A program made the position numbers and the translations under genes. The notes beneath the pieces are model-generated. The model did no database searches. It saw nothing but the letters and a program-made list of their open reading frames with translations, and was not told the DNA's origin. This document shows positions 29,022 through 39,380 of a DNA stretch of 64,000 bases, piece by piece (positions within the stretch are counted from its first letter, which is position 1; each line of letters starts with the position of its first letter). The stretch comes from a virus: the IMG/VR virus record IMGVR_UViG_3300046786_000331, positions 1 through 64,000 of that record; one strand, 5' to 3'.

Positions 29022-29843
29022 ATGATAGATTACAAAAAATTAGAAACAGACGGTTACTTAGTAATTCCAAATTTTTTAAACTCTAACGAAGTTAACGAAA
29101 TTTTAAATCAATTTGAAATTTATAAAGAACAGTTTAATTCCACAGGACCGGATAATAAAAATTACAATGTTATCTATAGTGATCTTACAGTATCGTTAAA
29201 ACACAAAGCTCAAACTCTTGTAGATAATATCAATAAAGAAACTAACATTAAATTGTCTGGATTTGGAAAAAAGTTAGAAAATCTTGACAGCAGCATTACT
29301 AAGTTTGGATGGCATCAGGACCACGAGGTTTATTACACATATCAAGATGCGTATAACTGTGTGCATTTTTGGATTCCGATTGTAAAACCGGATTCTACTC
29401 AAACAGGAATCGATGTTATTCCCCATTCTAGAATCGAAAAAGCGTTTCCCGAACTATACCAAAAAAACATAAAAGCCAAAGGTGCTAAAAGGTTCCTTCT
29501 TCGTCCGCCAAGAATAGAAATGCACGACGACGAAACCGGCGAACTAGTATACTTAGATTTTGATTTTGATACTATTAAAGAAACACCGATTGTAGGAGCA
29601 GGCGATTTAATCTTATTAAGAGGTGATACTATACATCGCTCTCAAATAAGAACAGAAACTACTCCGTGGCGTTTAAGTGTTGCATTTTGGGCATTTAATT
29701 CAGAGGCCAAATTAACAAAGGAAAGATTTTACAGTGGATGTGAAATGAAAAGATCCATGATTAAAAACAATCCTAAAGCATTTGAAGGAATAGCAAAAGC
29801 CTTTGACTTGTCTGATACTTTAATAATGCGTAACTTTCTTTAA
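29022..29843 (+). CDS. PhyH-type 2OG-Fe(II) dioxygenase
   Basis: DGYLVIPNFL, WHQD, HRS, R.SV motifs. Confidence 0.8.
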   Translation: MIDYKKLETDGYLVIPNFLNSNEVNEILNQFEIYKEQFNSTGPDNKNYNVIYSDLTVSLKHKAQTLVDNINKETNIKLSGFGKKLENLDSSITKFGWHQDHEVYYTYQDAYNCVHFWIPIVKPDSTQTGIDVIPHSRIEKAFPELYQKNIKAKGAKRFLLRPPRIEMHDDETGELVYLDFDFDTIKETPIVGAGDLILLRGDTIHRSQIRTETTPWRLSVAFWAFNSEAKLTKERFYSGCEMKRSMIKNNPKAFEGIAKAFDLSDTLIMRNFL

Positions 29844-29914
29844 CTATTGACAACCTTCAAACTTTCTGTTATACTAATTCTATAGTTTAACAAGTTTGGA
29901 GGTTTCTTTTGAGT

Positions 29915-30289
29915 ATGCATCTTGAAAGTCCTGCTCTTACTACTACTGGTAAGCGTAAAGGCAAAAAGAAATTTGCGTCAGCAGCAGCGGCTCAACGAGC
30001 TCGTGAGCTAGACACTAGCTGGCAAGAAATACTTAATAAGTACAGCGACAAAAAAGTTGTCAAAGAAATTAAGCGCACACTCAAAGATGTCTACAAACTA
30101 GAGATACCCGAGGGTCGCAGTAGTCGTAACATTCCTAGTCGAGATACTGGTTTTGTACCTTGCACTAAAGCCCCGGACAAAGTCTATACAGGAACAAAGA
30201 TTAAAGGCATTGGTACTATGCACAAAAGCAATGCAGTTCCAGTCTTTAGTGATGAAGAAGCTATTGAAATATCCAAAATGCGTCGATAA
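29915..30289 (+). CDS. hypothetical phage protein
   Basis: GIGTMHKSNAVPVF motif; sigma70 promoter at 29847. Confidence 0.65.
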   Translation: MHLESPALTTTGKRKGKKKFASAAAAQRARELDTSWQEILNKYSDKKVVKEIKRTLKDVYKLEIPEGRSSRNIPSRDTGFVPCTKAPDKVYTGTKIKGIGTMHKSNAVPVFSDEEAIEISKMRR

Positions 30290-30329
30290 TTACCTGTTTT
30301 GCCCTGTAATTTTGGATTCTAAGGTATAT

Positions 30330-30585
30330 ATTAAACGTTTCGCAAAGAAACTAAGATAGTTGGCATGATAGAGATACCATCAAAATTATGCCCGCGGGTC
30401 TTGGCCAATGAGAAACCCGTATTTTCGGGAAGCCAAGGGTCGCCAAAGGCACACAATGTTATGAGCTTGTGCGTCCAATGGAGACAACTACACGAAAGTA
30501 GGGTTCTTTCAGAGCCTCGTGAAGTTAACTCCCTTTATGTAATGTGATTTGAAGTTTTGAATCACACCAAGTCAAAGGAGGACTT
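30330..30585 (+). promoter_or_regulatory. long structured riboswitch-like 5' leader of the cell wall hydrolase gene
   Basis: Multiple hairpins; CUCCCUUU can pair with SD AAAGGAGG; GUAGGG...GAGCCUCGUGAAGUUAACUCC loosely resembles the ydaO 3' half. Confidence 0.45.
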
Positions 30586-31140
30586 ATGGAAAAAGTGTTT
30601 AGATTTACAGCCTATCTCATAGGCTTGATTGTAGTATCCCTTTTGGTTCAAAGTGTTACACACGCCAAATTGGAAAAGCTACGTGAAGGGCAGATGCTAT
30701 CATCTCCCGATGTTGTGTCTATTAAGACACGTGAACGCCAACTAGAATGTTTGGCTATGAATATCTACCGTGAAGCAGGGCACGAAAACTTCGAAGGTAA
30801 GGTAGCAGTTGCACAGGTAACTATGAACAGGGCGTCTCATCCCTCGTTCCCTAAAGATGTCTGTGGCGTTGTTTATCAGAAATCAGTTATTATGGATAAA
30901 GTCGTTTGCCAGTTCTCATGGTACTGCGATGGTACTCCAAAAGTTAAACCTACTAATACAGCCGCATACAACGAAAGTATGGCTGTTGCTAAAAAAGTAC
31001 TGTTAGAAGGGTTCAGACTTGACGTAATGAAAGAAGCATTGTATTATCATGCTAACTATGTCAATCCTAAATGGCCACTAGAAAAAATTGGTTCTATCGG
31101 AAATCACATCTTCTACAAAGGAAAGAAAACAAATGGCTGA
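30586..31140 (+). CDS. cell wall hydrolase (SleB/Hydrolase_2) with N-terminal TM anchor
   Basis: CLAMNIYREA, AVAQVTMNR, CQFSW, IGNHIFY motifs. Confidence 0.92.
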   Translation: MEKVFRFTAYLIGLIVVSLLVQSVTHAKLEKLREGQMLSSPDVVSIKTRERQLECLAMNIYREAGHENFEGKVAVAQVTMNRASHPSFPKDVCGVVYQKSVIMDKVVCQFSWYCDGTPKVKPTNTAAYNESMAVAKKVLLEGFRLDVMKEALYYHANYVNPKWPLEKIGSIGNHIFYKGKKTNG

Positions 31141-31468
31141 TCTAAGTAAATTTAATCCACTGCCTCACTTTGATAATATGGATCAGTTCAAGGCGTGGGC
31201 AGGTGAAAAAGTTAGTCACATCAGTGCAGAAACATTTGGTTGGTTAGCAATTATTATGCTTCATGCTGCTACTGTACCTAGTCTACTAGCAGTAATGGGT
31301 GGGCTGACAGATAAGATGCCTGCGGTGGATCTTGTTTTGTTGGTTTGGGGCGGCCTTTCATTGTTGTTTGTGAAAGCAGCCGTCCAGAAAGACATGTTAA
31401 ATGTCGTCACCATCGGAGTAGGCTTTATTGTACAAGCTGTAATGATGGCGCTAATCTTCTTTAAGTAA
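31133..31468 (+). CDS. three-TM membrane protein
   Basis: Hydrophobic segments; SD AAAGGA before ATG 31133. Confidence 0.6.
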   Translation: MADLSKFNPLPHFDNMDQFKAWAGEKVSHISAETFGWLAIIMLHAATVPSLLAVMGGLTDKMPAVDLVLLVWGGLSLLFVKAAVQKDMLNVVTIGVGFIVQAVMMALIFFK

Positions 31469-31550
31469 TTTGGTAAACTCCGCAGTTGACTTTGGTTGGC
31501 TGCGGTGCTATACTAACACTGTCTTATTTTACACACACAGAAAGGCATAT

Positions 31551-32030
31551 ATGAAAAAGGCAATCGTAGTAGGCTTATTGGCAGCAGCCATTACCGGCTG
31601 TTCATCAATGAAGGACGTTCCCGAACGTAAAACTTACGCACAACCTAGCTGGTATCAAGAATGTGCTCAAGAAGGTGTTAAGGGTTGGTTCTGGTGGAGT
31701 GAGGACTATGTCTATGCTTGCGGCGCAGGCGACAGTACATTTGCTCAAGCTGCCGAAGAACAAATGGATGCTATTGCAATGAACAACTTTGCAAAACGCA
31801 TCAACGGTACAGTTAATTCAGAAACAGTTATTGACATTGTCAACGACAAGAAAACAACTCGTACAAAAATCAGTTACAAAGTAGAAGACACAGCAATCCG
31901 TCGTCATGTGAAATCTGAACGCGGACACTTTACTATGGGCGGCAAACATTATACCTTTGTTCGTCTTGAAATGAAGAAGTCTACTTTTGATCAATTGATT
32001 CAAGAAGCTAAACAGCAAAAGGCACAATGA
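31551..32030 (+). CDS. lipoprotein (LPP20-like)
   Basis: Lipobox AITGC; sigma70 promoter at ~31486. Confidence 0.7.
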   Translation: MKKAIVVGLLAAAITGCSSMKDVPERKTYAQPSWYQECAQEGVKGWFWWSEDYVYACGAGDSTFAQAAEEQMDAIAMNNFAKRINGTVNSETVIDIVNDKKTTRTKISYKVEDTAIRRHVKSERGHFTMGGKHYTFVRLEMKKSTFDQLIQEAKQQKAQ

Positions 32031-32389
32031 TGAGTCAGTATCGAGTCAAAAATTATCTTTGGCTCTTGATTCTCTTAATGGTGGTTGTTATATCACTGTT
32101 GTCAGGATGCTCGTCATCGCCAAAGATACAGGCACAGAAGCCGCAATATTGTTATACAAGTCAAACTATTAAAACTCAGAACGGTGAGCGTGTTAATAGT
32201 GAAACTACATTAGACTGCACTGATGATCAGTTTAAGCGTCTAACTACAACACGAATGGGTATGGCTAGCAATTGCGGAATCAGTAACAAAGTTGTAGAAT
32301 TTGGAGGAAAAATTGTCAATATTCAAGTTAGGAGTTGTCAAGTTCTTGATTACTCTGGCAATGTTATTGGTTACGAATACGTCCATTAA
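32027..32389 (+). CDS. lipoprotein
   Basis: Lipobox LLSGC. Confidence 0.65.
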   Translation: MMSQYRVKNYLWLLILLMVVVISLLSGCSSSPKIQAQKPQYCYTSQTIKTQNGERVNSETTLDCTDDQFKRLTTTRMGMASNCGISNKVVEFGGKIVNIQVRSCQVLDYSGNVIGYEYVH

Positions 32390-32744
32390 TGCACAAACTA
32401 TAAACATCGAGAATCCTCGATTCTATAATGAGTTGCATGGTGGAAATACTCTTCACCATATTCTAAACGTTTCTTTTGGTTGGTTCAAGACTCTTGACAA
32501 AGAACAGAAAGAAGCGTATCATAGTTCTATAGTTGTCGCTTTAGAAGAAGCACAGCCGGGACAGTTTGCTCGCTGGTATAAGAATGATGCCAGTGGTATC
32601 GTTCGTGTTGCATGGCAAGAGCCAAGGAACGGATCTATATGTAAACGATTGCATATCTCTCTTATTGCGTACAGCACAGTTAAGGAGGTACAATCTACCG
32701 CTTGCTTTAACGAAGTAGATAATAGGTGGAGCTGGTACTTATAA
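32301..32744 (+). CDS. secreted protein with 17-kDa surface-antigen-like domain (start uncertain)
   Basis: ALEEAQPGQ...W...SG...C...AC...W pattern. Confidence 0.5.
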   Translation: MEEKLSIFKLGVVKFLITLAMLLVTNTSINAQTINIENPRFYNELHGGNTLHHILNVSFGWFKTLDKEQKEAYHSSIVVALEEAQPGQFARWYKNDASGIVRVAWQEPRNGSICKRLHISLIAYSTVKEVQSTACFNEVDNRWSWYL

Positions 32745-32754
32745 ATAATAGCTT

Positions 32755-34248
32755 ATGAAGATTACATTAAGTGATAAAATAATTGCCTATATGGCATTGC
32801 TCAGCGGATTAACAATATCCGCTGTTGCCGTTTGGTATAGCGTTGCTGGACTAGTGTCTATCTTTGCGGCTGCTGTTACTCCTATTATTGTTATGGGTGT
32901 GGCACTAGAGATTAGTAAACTAATTGCTACAGTATGGTTAAAACTGAATTGGCAAAGAGCCCCGTTCTTTATTAAAGCATATATGACTGCGGCAGTTGCA
33001 GTCTTAATGGTTATTACATCTATGGGCATCTTTGGCTTCTTGTCAAAGGCACACAGTGATCAAAGTCTAGTATCGGGTGATGTACAAAGTAGAATTGCTG
33101 TCTACGATGAAAAGATTAAGACAGCAAAGGAAAACATTGATGCAAATCGCAAAGCACTTAAACAAATGGATGAGGCTGTGGATCAAAGCATGGCACGTTC
33201 AACTTCAGAAACGGGGGCCGACAAAGCGGTCGCTATCCGTAGGGGACAGGCGAAAGAACGTGCTAGATTACAGAATGAAATCGCAGCCGAACAGAAAACA
33301 ATTAATAAACTTTCTGAAGAAAGGGCACCTATCGCGGCTGAAGTAAGAAAGGTTGAAGCAGAAGTCGGGCCAATCAAATACATTGCTGCCTTTGTCTATG
33401 GTGACAACCCAGATGCTAACGTACTAGAAAAAGCAGTGACATGGGTAATCATTATTATTGTGTCAGTGTTCGACCCACTAGCAGTTATCTTATTGTTAGC
33501 AAGTCAATACAGCTTCCAATGGTTCCGTAAAGCTCGTGAGGAAGAGGAAGATGACCTCAAAGAAGTTAAAGAGTGGTTTGAACAAGGCAAGGAACGTGCT
33601 AGGCAGTTAGATGCAGAGGCTGCGAATACAGCTAAGTTTGAAGACATTGAAGATCCTATAGTTGACGAAATTGGAAAACCTACTCCTGAGCCGGAAATCG
33701 ATTACAGTAAACATGCTTACCTAAATCCTGAAAAATCATTCTGGCATAAACCAGAAGGTTGGGAGGAAGTTCCTCCACAGGTTTATAAACCAGAGCCTGT
33801 GCAAGAACCAGTAGTTGAAGAACCTGTAGTTGAAGTTGTTATTGAAGATGACGACGAAGATGAGATCGATGAAAGCGTAGAAATGAAAGCCGCAAAGGCA
33901 GCATGGAAACATGATCATCCAACCGATAGTCTAAAGCGTCACAGAAAATTATTTGAACAAGGTTTGATTTCTACTTTGCCTTGGGAATCTTATCTTTCTG
34001 CACAGCCAGACTACACAGATAAAGAAGCAGCCGAAGAAGCACTTAAATGGGCTCAAGAACAAATTGCTGAACGTCCAGGCGATTATCTAACTCCATCAGA
34101 CGATCCTAAAAAAAAGGTAACGACTTGGATAGAGCGTGATGGCGATAAACAAATTACAAAAAGTCTTGAAGACGAAGGCTATGTTCAAAATGCAGAACAA
34201 AGTTCTAGTACAATTTGGAATCGTGTTAAGAAAGCAAAAGGCGATTAA
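32755..34248 (+). CDS. membrane-anchored coiled-coil protein with acidic tail
   Basis: 3 N-terminal TMs, long coiled coil, FDPLAVILL TM, E/P-rich tail. Confidence 0.7.
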   Translation: MKITLSDKIIAYMALLSGLTISAVAVWYSVAGLVSIFAAAVTPIIVMGVALEISKLIATVWLKLNWQRAPFFIKAYMTAAVAVLMVITSMGIFGFLSKAHSDQSLVSGDVQSRIAVYDEKIKTAKENIDANRKALKQMDEAVDQSMARSTSETGADKAVAIRRGQAKERARLQNEIAAEQKTINKLSEERAPIAAEVRKVEAEVGPIKYIAAFVYGDNPDANVLEKAVTWVIIIIVSVFDPLAVILLLASQYSFQWFRKAREEEEDDLKEVKEWFEQGKERARQLDAEAANTAKFEDIEDPIVDEIGKPTPEPEIDYSKHAYLNPEKSFWHKPEGWEEVPPQVYKPEPVQEPVVEEPVVEVVIEDDDEDEIDESVEMKAAKAAWKHDHPTDSLKRHRKLFEQGLISTLPWESYLSAQPDYTDKEAAEEALKWAQEQIAERPGDYLTPSDDPKKKVTTWIERDGDKQITKSLEDEGYVQNAEQSSSTIWNRVKKAKGD

Positions 34249-34625
34249 TGGCTGATAAAGTTTTAGTAGTTACATCGCCCGATGATGTACTAATCGATGC
34301 TTATCGAATCCTTATTGTTGGACTAACTCCTGAACAAAGCAAAGTAGTATCCGATGCTTTGTTAAATGTTAGATATGATGGTAATGTTGTGTTATACCTC
34401 TGGGAAGGCGGGAGCCCAGAATGGTTGCTTGATAAGAAACACAAAAGCGACTTAATCATATTCAATGCCAATAACGAAAACGAAACACTTGTTGGTTATA
34501 TGGCAGCTCAAAAAAATTCTCACTACTTTGGCACTTTAAAATTTTTATCCGGAGCAAATGCACGGACTATATACTCTAGTGAGGATTTACAAACTATGCT
34601 CACCTTATTATTTGAACAATTATGA
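34248..34625 (+). CDS. hypothetical protein
   Basis: Coupled 125-aa ORF. Confidence 0.6.
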   Translation: MADKVLVVTSPDDVLIDAYRILIVGLTPEQSKVVSDALLNVRYDGNVVLYLWEGGSPEWLLDKKHKSDLIIFNANNENETLVGYMAAQKNSHYFGTLKFLSGANARTIYSSEDLQTMLTLLFEQL

Positions 34626-34834
34626 CTAAAGTTACTATTAAAGAACACGAAAACATAAACGTAGCATTAAGACGATTTAAAAAGAAAGTAGAAGACAGCG
34701 GCAAATTAGACGATGTACGAGCCAAAGAATTTTACGAGAAACCCACAACAGAACGTAAGCGCAAAAAAGGTGCTGCCGTAGCTCGTTGGAACAAAAAGCT
34801 TCGTGATCAATCTTTACCAAAAAAACTCTTTTAA
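34622..34834 (+). CDS. rpsU: 30S ribosomal protein bS21
   Basis: [12 protein letters not shown]...[14 protein letters not shown]. Confidence 0.93.
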   Translation: MTKVTIKEHENINVALRRFKKKVEDSGKLDDVRAKEFYEKPTTERKRKKGAAVARWNKKLRDQSLPKKLF

Positions 34835-34872
34835 CCTTTGACTTTTAGTACTTTTTGTAGTACACTATACAC

Positions 34873-35454
34873 ATGAACACAGACATTATGATTGACTTGG
34901 AGACGCTTGACGTTCTCCCTACTGCCACTGTACTAACTATTGGCGCTGTTAAATTTGACCCGTTCGGTGATGACATCAACGACAAAAAATGTGAAAAACT
35001 TTATCTTAAAGTAGACATTGATAGTTGTGATGCAATTGGCTGCACAGTTAGCCCGGCTACATTAGAATGGTGGGGCAATCAAAGCCAAGAAGCACAAGAC
35101 GAAGCCTTTGATCCTAACGGACGTATTCCAATTGCTGATGCCATGCATCAGTTGTTTAAGTTCTGTCAAGGAGCAAAACGCATTTGGAGTCACGGTAGCG
35201 GCTTTGACATTATCATTTGCGAACACTTGTTCCGCAAAACAGATAGAGCAATCCCCTGGGCATTCTGGGAAGCACGTGATACCCGTACACTATTTGATCT
35301 AGGTATTAATCCTAATCGTCCGCCTGTTTTAAAGCACCATGCTTTAGAAGATGCTTGGAACCAAGCAGTAGGTGTTCAGAATATTATGAAAACGCTTAAA
35401 TGCAGTACAATGTCAGATGGAAACTACATTAATCCCTTTGCAAGAACAAATTAA
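34873..35454 (+). CDS. DEDDh 3'-5' exonuclease (Rv2179c-like)
   Basis: MIDLETL, GFD, RDTRT, HHALEDA motifs. Confidence 0.88.
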   Translation: MNTDIMIDLETLDVLPTATVLTIGAVKFDPFGDDINDKKCEKLYLKVDIDSCDAIGCTVSPATLEWWGNQSQEAQDEAFDPNGRIPIADAMHQLFKFCQGAKRIWSHGSGFDIIICEHLFRKTDRAIPWAFWEARDTRTLFDLGINPNRPPVLKHHALEDAWNQAVGVQNIMKTLKCSTMSDGNYINPFARTN

Positions 35455-35455
35455 A

Positions 35456-35740
35456 ATGGACGAACAAAATAACGAAGTTATGGATATTCTGCAGGAAGAA
35501 TGTGCAGAAGTTGTCCAAGCGGTTAGTAAAATTCGTAGGTTTGGTATTGATAATGCCAAGCCCGGAACAAACTACACTAATCGTGAGCACCTAGAAGAAG
35601 AGATCGGCGATTTACTAGCTATGGTAGATATTCTGCTTATTAACGAAATGGTTAATTGGGGCAATTTACACAAAGCTAAAAGAGCCAAGATCGAAAAGCT
35701 CAAAAAATGGTCAAATATTCCTAATTTAGAGAATATCTGA
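35456..35740 (+). CDS. MazG-like NTP pyrophosphohydrolase
   Basis: EECAEV...LEEEIGDL. Confidence 0.8.
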   Translation: MDEQNNEVMDILQEECAEVVQAVSKIRRFGIDNAKPGTNYTNREHLEEEIGDLLAMVDILLINEMVNWGNLHKAKRAKIEKLKKWSNIPNLENI

Positions 35741-35803
35741 TATAAATAAAATTGTAAGCTGTACTATAGGGCAGTTTGCAGGGCACAGGGCCCAAAAAAT
35801 AGA

Positions 35804-35821
35804 TCTTACTTTATAAGGAGA
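35804..35821 (+). promoter_or_regulatory. ROSE-like RNA thermometer candidate (dnaK)
   Basis: TCTTACTTTATAAGGAGA hairpin occludes the SD; identical copy before hsp20. Confidence 0.55.
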
Positions 35822-35827
35822 TAGACA

Positions 35828-37711
35828 ATGTCTAAGATCATCGGTATTGACCTCGGCACCACCAATTCATGCGTGGCTGTTATCGAGAATGGAATTCCCA
35901 AAGTTATTGAAAACAGCGAAGGTGCAAGAACAACACCTAGTATCGTTGCCTACGCAACAGATGAAATTCTTGTTGGCGCAAGTGCTAAACGACAAGCTGT
36001 TACCAATCCAAAAAATACTATCTATGCTGCCAAGCGTTTGATCGGTCGTAAGTTCAGCGAAAAAGCTGTACAGAAAGATATCGACTTGATGCCTTACGAT
36101 ATCATGGAAGCAAAGAACGGAGATGCATGGGTTCGCGCACAGGGCAAAGAACTAGCACCTCCACAAATTAGCGCAGAAGTTCTTCGTAAGATGAAGAAGA
36201 CTGCCGAGGACTATTTAGGACATGAAGTTACTCAAGCCGTTATCACAGTTCCTGCGTACTTTAACGACAGCCAAAGACAAGCAACTAAGGATGCTGGAAA
36301 AATCGCAGGCTTGGAAGTACTCCGTATTATTAACGAGCCTACTGCGGCAGCTCTTAGTTATGGCGTTGATAAAACTGATAAAGCTGACAGGAAGATTGCT
36401 GTTTACGACCTTGGTGGCGGTACTTTCGACGTATCGATCATTGAAATCGCGAATGTCGAAGGCGACAAACAAATCGAGGTATTGAGTACAAACGGCGATA
36501 CATTCCTAGGCGGTGAAGACTTTGATCAACGCATTATGGATTTCTTAGTTGAAGAATTCCGCAAGGATCAAGGTGTTGACTTAACTAAAGATGTTCTTGC
36601 TCTACAGCGTTTGAAAGAGGCTGCTGAAAAGGCTAAGATTGAATTGTCTAGCTCTGCACAAACAGATGTTAACTTACCTTACATCACAGCAGATGCAAGT
36701 GGTCCTAAGCACATGAACGTTAAAATTACTCGTAGCAAACTAGAACAACTAGTTGACGAGCTAATTGAACGCAGTCTTGCTCCATGCCGAACAGCTATGC
36801 AAGATGCAGGTGTTAGTGCTTCAGACATCGACGAAGTTATTCTTGTTGGTGGTATGACACGTATGCCTAAGGTACAAGAAGCAGTTGAAAAACTCTTCGG
36901 CAAAGCACCACGTAAAGACGTTAACCCAGACGAAGCAGTTGCCGTTGGTGCTGCTATTCAAGGTGATGTTCTTGGTGGTGGACGTAAAGACGTTCTATTG
37001 CTAGACGTTACTCCGTTGTCCGTTGGTATTGAAACACTTGGCGGTGTTATGAGTAAGTTGGTTCAGAAGAATACAACTATTCCTACTAAGGCTAGTCAGA
37101 CATTCTCTACAGCAGAAGACAATCAACCGGCTGTAACTATCAAAGCCTATCAAGGCGAACGTGAACTTGTTCAATACAACAAGTTGTTAGGTGAATTCAA
37201 TCTAGAAGGAATTCAACCACAACGCCGTGGACAACCACAGATTGAAGTTACCTTTGATATTGATGCTAACGGTATCATGCACGTTAGTGCCAAAGATAAA
37301 ACAACTGGTAAGGAAAACAAAATCACTATTAAGAGTGACAGTGGACTTACTAAAGAAGAAATTGATCGCATGGTGCAAGATGCTGAAGCCAACGCAGAAG
37401 CAGATCAAAAAGCACGTACCTTGATTGAAACTCGTAACCAAGCAGAAGCAATGGTTCACGAAATCAAGAAAGATAAAGAAGAGCTGAAAGACAAATTGAC
37501 TGAGACAGAAATTAGTGATGCAGACGCTGCTATTAAAGAAGTGGAAGACGCTGGCAATAATGTTGATGCAATCAAAGCAGCCATGGAAAAATTAAACACT
37601 GTAGCAGTTTCATTCGCACAGAAGAAGCAATTAAACGAACAGGCACAATCGCCTGACGTTGCACAGGATGATAATGTAGTCGACGCTACCTTTACAGAGA
37701 CGAAGGCTTAA
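35828..37711 (+). CDS. dnaK: Hsp70 chaperone DnaK
   Basis: [30 protein letters not shown] motifs. Confidence 0.98.
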   Translation: MSKIIGIDLGTTNSCVAVIENGIPKVIENSEGARTTPSIVAYATDEILVGASAKRQAVTNPKNTIYAAKRLIGRKFSEKAVQKDIDLMPYDIMEAKNGDAWVRAQGKELAPPQISAEVLRKMKKTAEDYLGHEVTQAVITVPAYFNDSQRQATKDAGKIAGLEVLRIINEPTAAALSYGVDKTDKADRKIAVYDLGGGTFDVSIIEIANVEGDKQIEVLSTNGDTFLGGEDFDQRIMDFLVEEFRKDQGVDLTKDVLALQRLKEAAEKAKIELSSSAQTDVNLPYITADASGPKHMNVKITRSKLEQLVDELIERSLAPCRTAMQDAGVSASDIDEVILVGGMTRMPKVQEAVEKLFGKAPRKDVNPDEAVAVGAAIQGDVLGGGRKDVLLLDVTPLSVGIETLGGVMSKLVQKNTTIPTKASQTFSTAEDNQPAVTIKAYQGERELVQYNKLLGEFNLEGIQPQRRGQPQIEVTFDIDANGIMHVSAKDKTTGKENKITIKSDSGLTKEEIDRMVQDAEANAEADQKARTLIETRNQAEAMVHEIKKDKEELKDKLTETEISDADAAIKEVEDAGNNVDAIKAAMEKLNTVAVSFAQKKQLNEQAQSPDVAQDDNVVDATFTETKA

Positions 37712-37751
37712 TTATCTAAACCCAGGGGTACCTTATAGGGCCCCTCATTGT

Positions 37752-37769
37752 TCTTACTTTATAAGGAGA
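37752..37769 (+). promoter_or_regulatory. ROSE-like RNA thermometer candidate (hsp20)
   Basis: TCTTACTTTATAAGGAGA, identical to the dnaK leader. Confidence 0.55.
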
Positions 37770-37774
37770 CTATT

Positions 37775-38209
37775 ATGAACAATCAATTATCTAGAATGGA
37801 CGCTCTCAACCGAGCACTTATTGGCTTTGATGCCATGTTCGATCAACTTGATCGTAAGTTTGCCAATTCTGTGCAAACAAACTATCCGCCACACAATCAA
37901 ATTAAAACTGGTGAAAATGAATATCTAATTCAATTAGCAGTTACTGGCTTTTCAAAAGCTGAAGTCACTGTTCAAGTTGAAGGTAACATTCTTACCATTA
38001 AAGGCGAGAGCATTACAACAGAGTATGCTCAGGAGCAGTACCTGCATCGAGGCCTAGCTACACGCGACTTCGTTAAGGAGTTTCCACTAGCTGAGCATAT
38101 CGAAGTTAAAGGTGCTGAAATGGAGAACGGAATGTTAAATATTTGCTTAGTTCGAAATATTCCCGAGTCAGCAAAACCTAAAGTGATTGACATTTTAGAA
38201 GTTAAGTAA
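37775..38209 (+). CDS. small heat shock protein (Hsp20/IbpA-like)
   Basis: NYPPHN, YLHRGLATRDF, ENGML motifs. Confidence 0.92.
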   Translation: MNNQLSRMDALNRALIGFDAMFDQLDRKFANSVQTNYPPHNQIKTGENEYLIQLAVTGFSKAEVTVQVEGNILTIKGESITTEYAQEQYLHRGLATRDFVKEFPLAEHIEVKGAEMENGMLNICLVRNIPESAKPKVIDILEVK

Positions 38210-38258
38210 TATAATAAAGGGGAAGGAAACTTCCCCTTATCAACAAACTGGAGCAAAA

Positions 38259-38558
38259 ATGTCCACAGACGTACAATTCGACGAAAAAATTAAAGTTTCA
38301 CTTCAGCCACCAAAGATGTGGAAAGTGGTATTCCTCAACGACGATCAAACGCCAATGGAGTTTGTCATGGAGTTGTTGACTGAAATTTTTAAACATACAG
38401 AATCTGATGCTAAAAATATCACTATGGAAATTCATAATGAAGGTAGCGCAGTTGCTGGAGTTTACACACACGAAATCGCAGAACAGCGAGGTATCGAAAG
38501 TACACACCTAGCTCGTTCCAACGGATTTCCTTTACAGATTACTATTGAACAAGAGTGA
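38259..38558 (+). CDS. clpS: ClpS N-end-rule adaptor
   Basis: WKVVFLNDDQTPMEFV, IHNEG, GFPL motifs. Confidence 0.93.
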   Translation: MSTDVQFDEKIKVSLQPPKMWKVVFLNDDQTPMEFVMELLTEIFKHTESDAKNITMEIHNEGSAVAGVYTHEIAEQRGIESTHLARSNGFPLQITIEQE

Positions 38559-38818
38559 TAACATTCGACGAAGTGCGATTGATTAAGTATCAACGCACTA
38601 ACGCACAACGATTTGGGTATTGGGTTCATTTTAGAGATCAACGCCCAAAACAACAAGCGTTGGGAATTGCAGGCAAAAAGTCTATAGTTAAGTTTGTAGA
38701 AACTAGTCTCGGTCCACTAGGCGGTAAATGGCAGTATCAGAGATTTAATCAAGTTGACTATATTATAAAAATGGACAACGAAGCAGATCTCTTATTTTTA
38801 ATCATGAGAATGAAGTAA
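38555..38818 (+). CDS. small protein, dispersed member of the F-x-L-[KR]-W family
   Basis: Ends DNEADLLFLIMRMK. Confidence 0.5.
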   Translation: MITFDEVRLIKYQRTNAQRFGYWVHFRDQRPKQQALGIAGKKSIVKFVETSLGPLGGKWQYQRFNQVDYIIKMDNEADLLFLIMRMK

Positions 38819-38834
38819 AGTTAAATACACCACT

Positions 38835-39380
38835 ATGAGCCTAAAAGATATTACCAAAGACCTCCACCACGAGGCAGAAACAACCAAGTTCGCTAAGATG
38901 CTACTCAGTGGCAAGATTGGCAAAGAAGACTACAGAAACTATCTGTACAATCTAATGGCAGTATACGATCCAATCGAATGGTATTGCCAGCGTCAGGGTT
39001 TCCTTGTCACAATGCCAGACTTACCTCGTCTAAAATCAATCTATGCAGACTTCATGGAACTAGATGACGGATCTTACTGTTATCTAACTCCAGCAACACT
39101 TGAATACCAAGCATACTTACACAAACTAGGTAACGATGAACAACGTAAACACCTTGTTAAAGCGCATCTATACTGCCGCCATATGGGCGACTTATTCGGT
39201 GGCCAAATCATTAAGAAGCAGGTAGCACATATCAGCAGTGGTAAGTTCTACGACTTTGAAAATGCAGATGCTATGAAGATGGCTATTCGTGTAACACTTA
39301 CAGACGATCTCGGAGACGAAGCTCGTGTAGCATTTGAATATGCTATCAAAATGATGCGAGATTTGTATCATGGAGAGTAA
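38835..39380 (+). CDS. heme oxygenase
   Basis: SLKDITKDLHHEAE; AHLYCRHMGDLFGGQII. Confidence 0.92.
   Translation: MSLKDITKDLHHEAETTKFAKMLLSGKIGKEDYRNYLYNLMAVYDPIEWYCQRQGFLVTMPDLPRLKSIYADFMELDDGSYCYLTPATLEYQAYLHKLGNDEQRKHLVKAHLYCRHMGDLFGGQIIKKQVAHISSGKFYDFENADAMKMAIRVTLTDDLGDEARVAFEYAIKMMRDLYHGE

Noticed and set aside
19864-37459. Antisense and alternate-frame ORFs inside nrdA, nrdB, ahpC, dnaK and others
   Set aside because: Shadow ORFs of well-supported genes with no independent signals.
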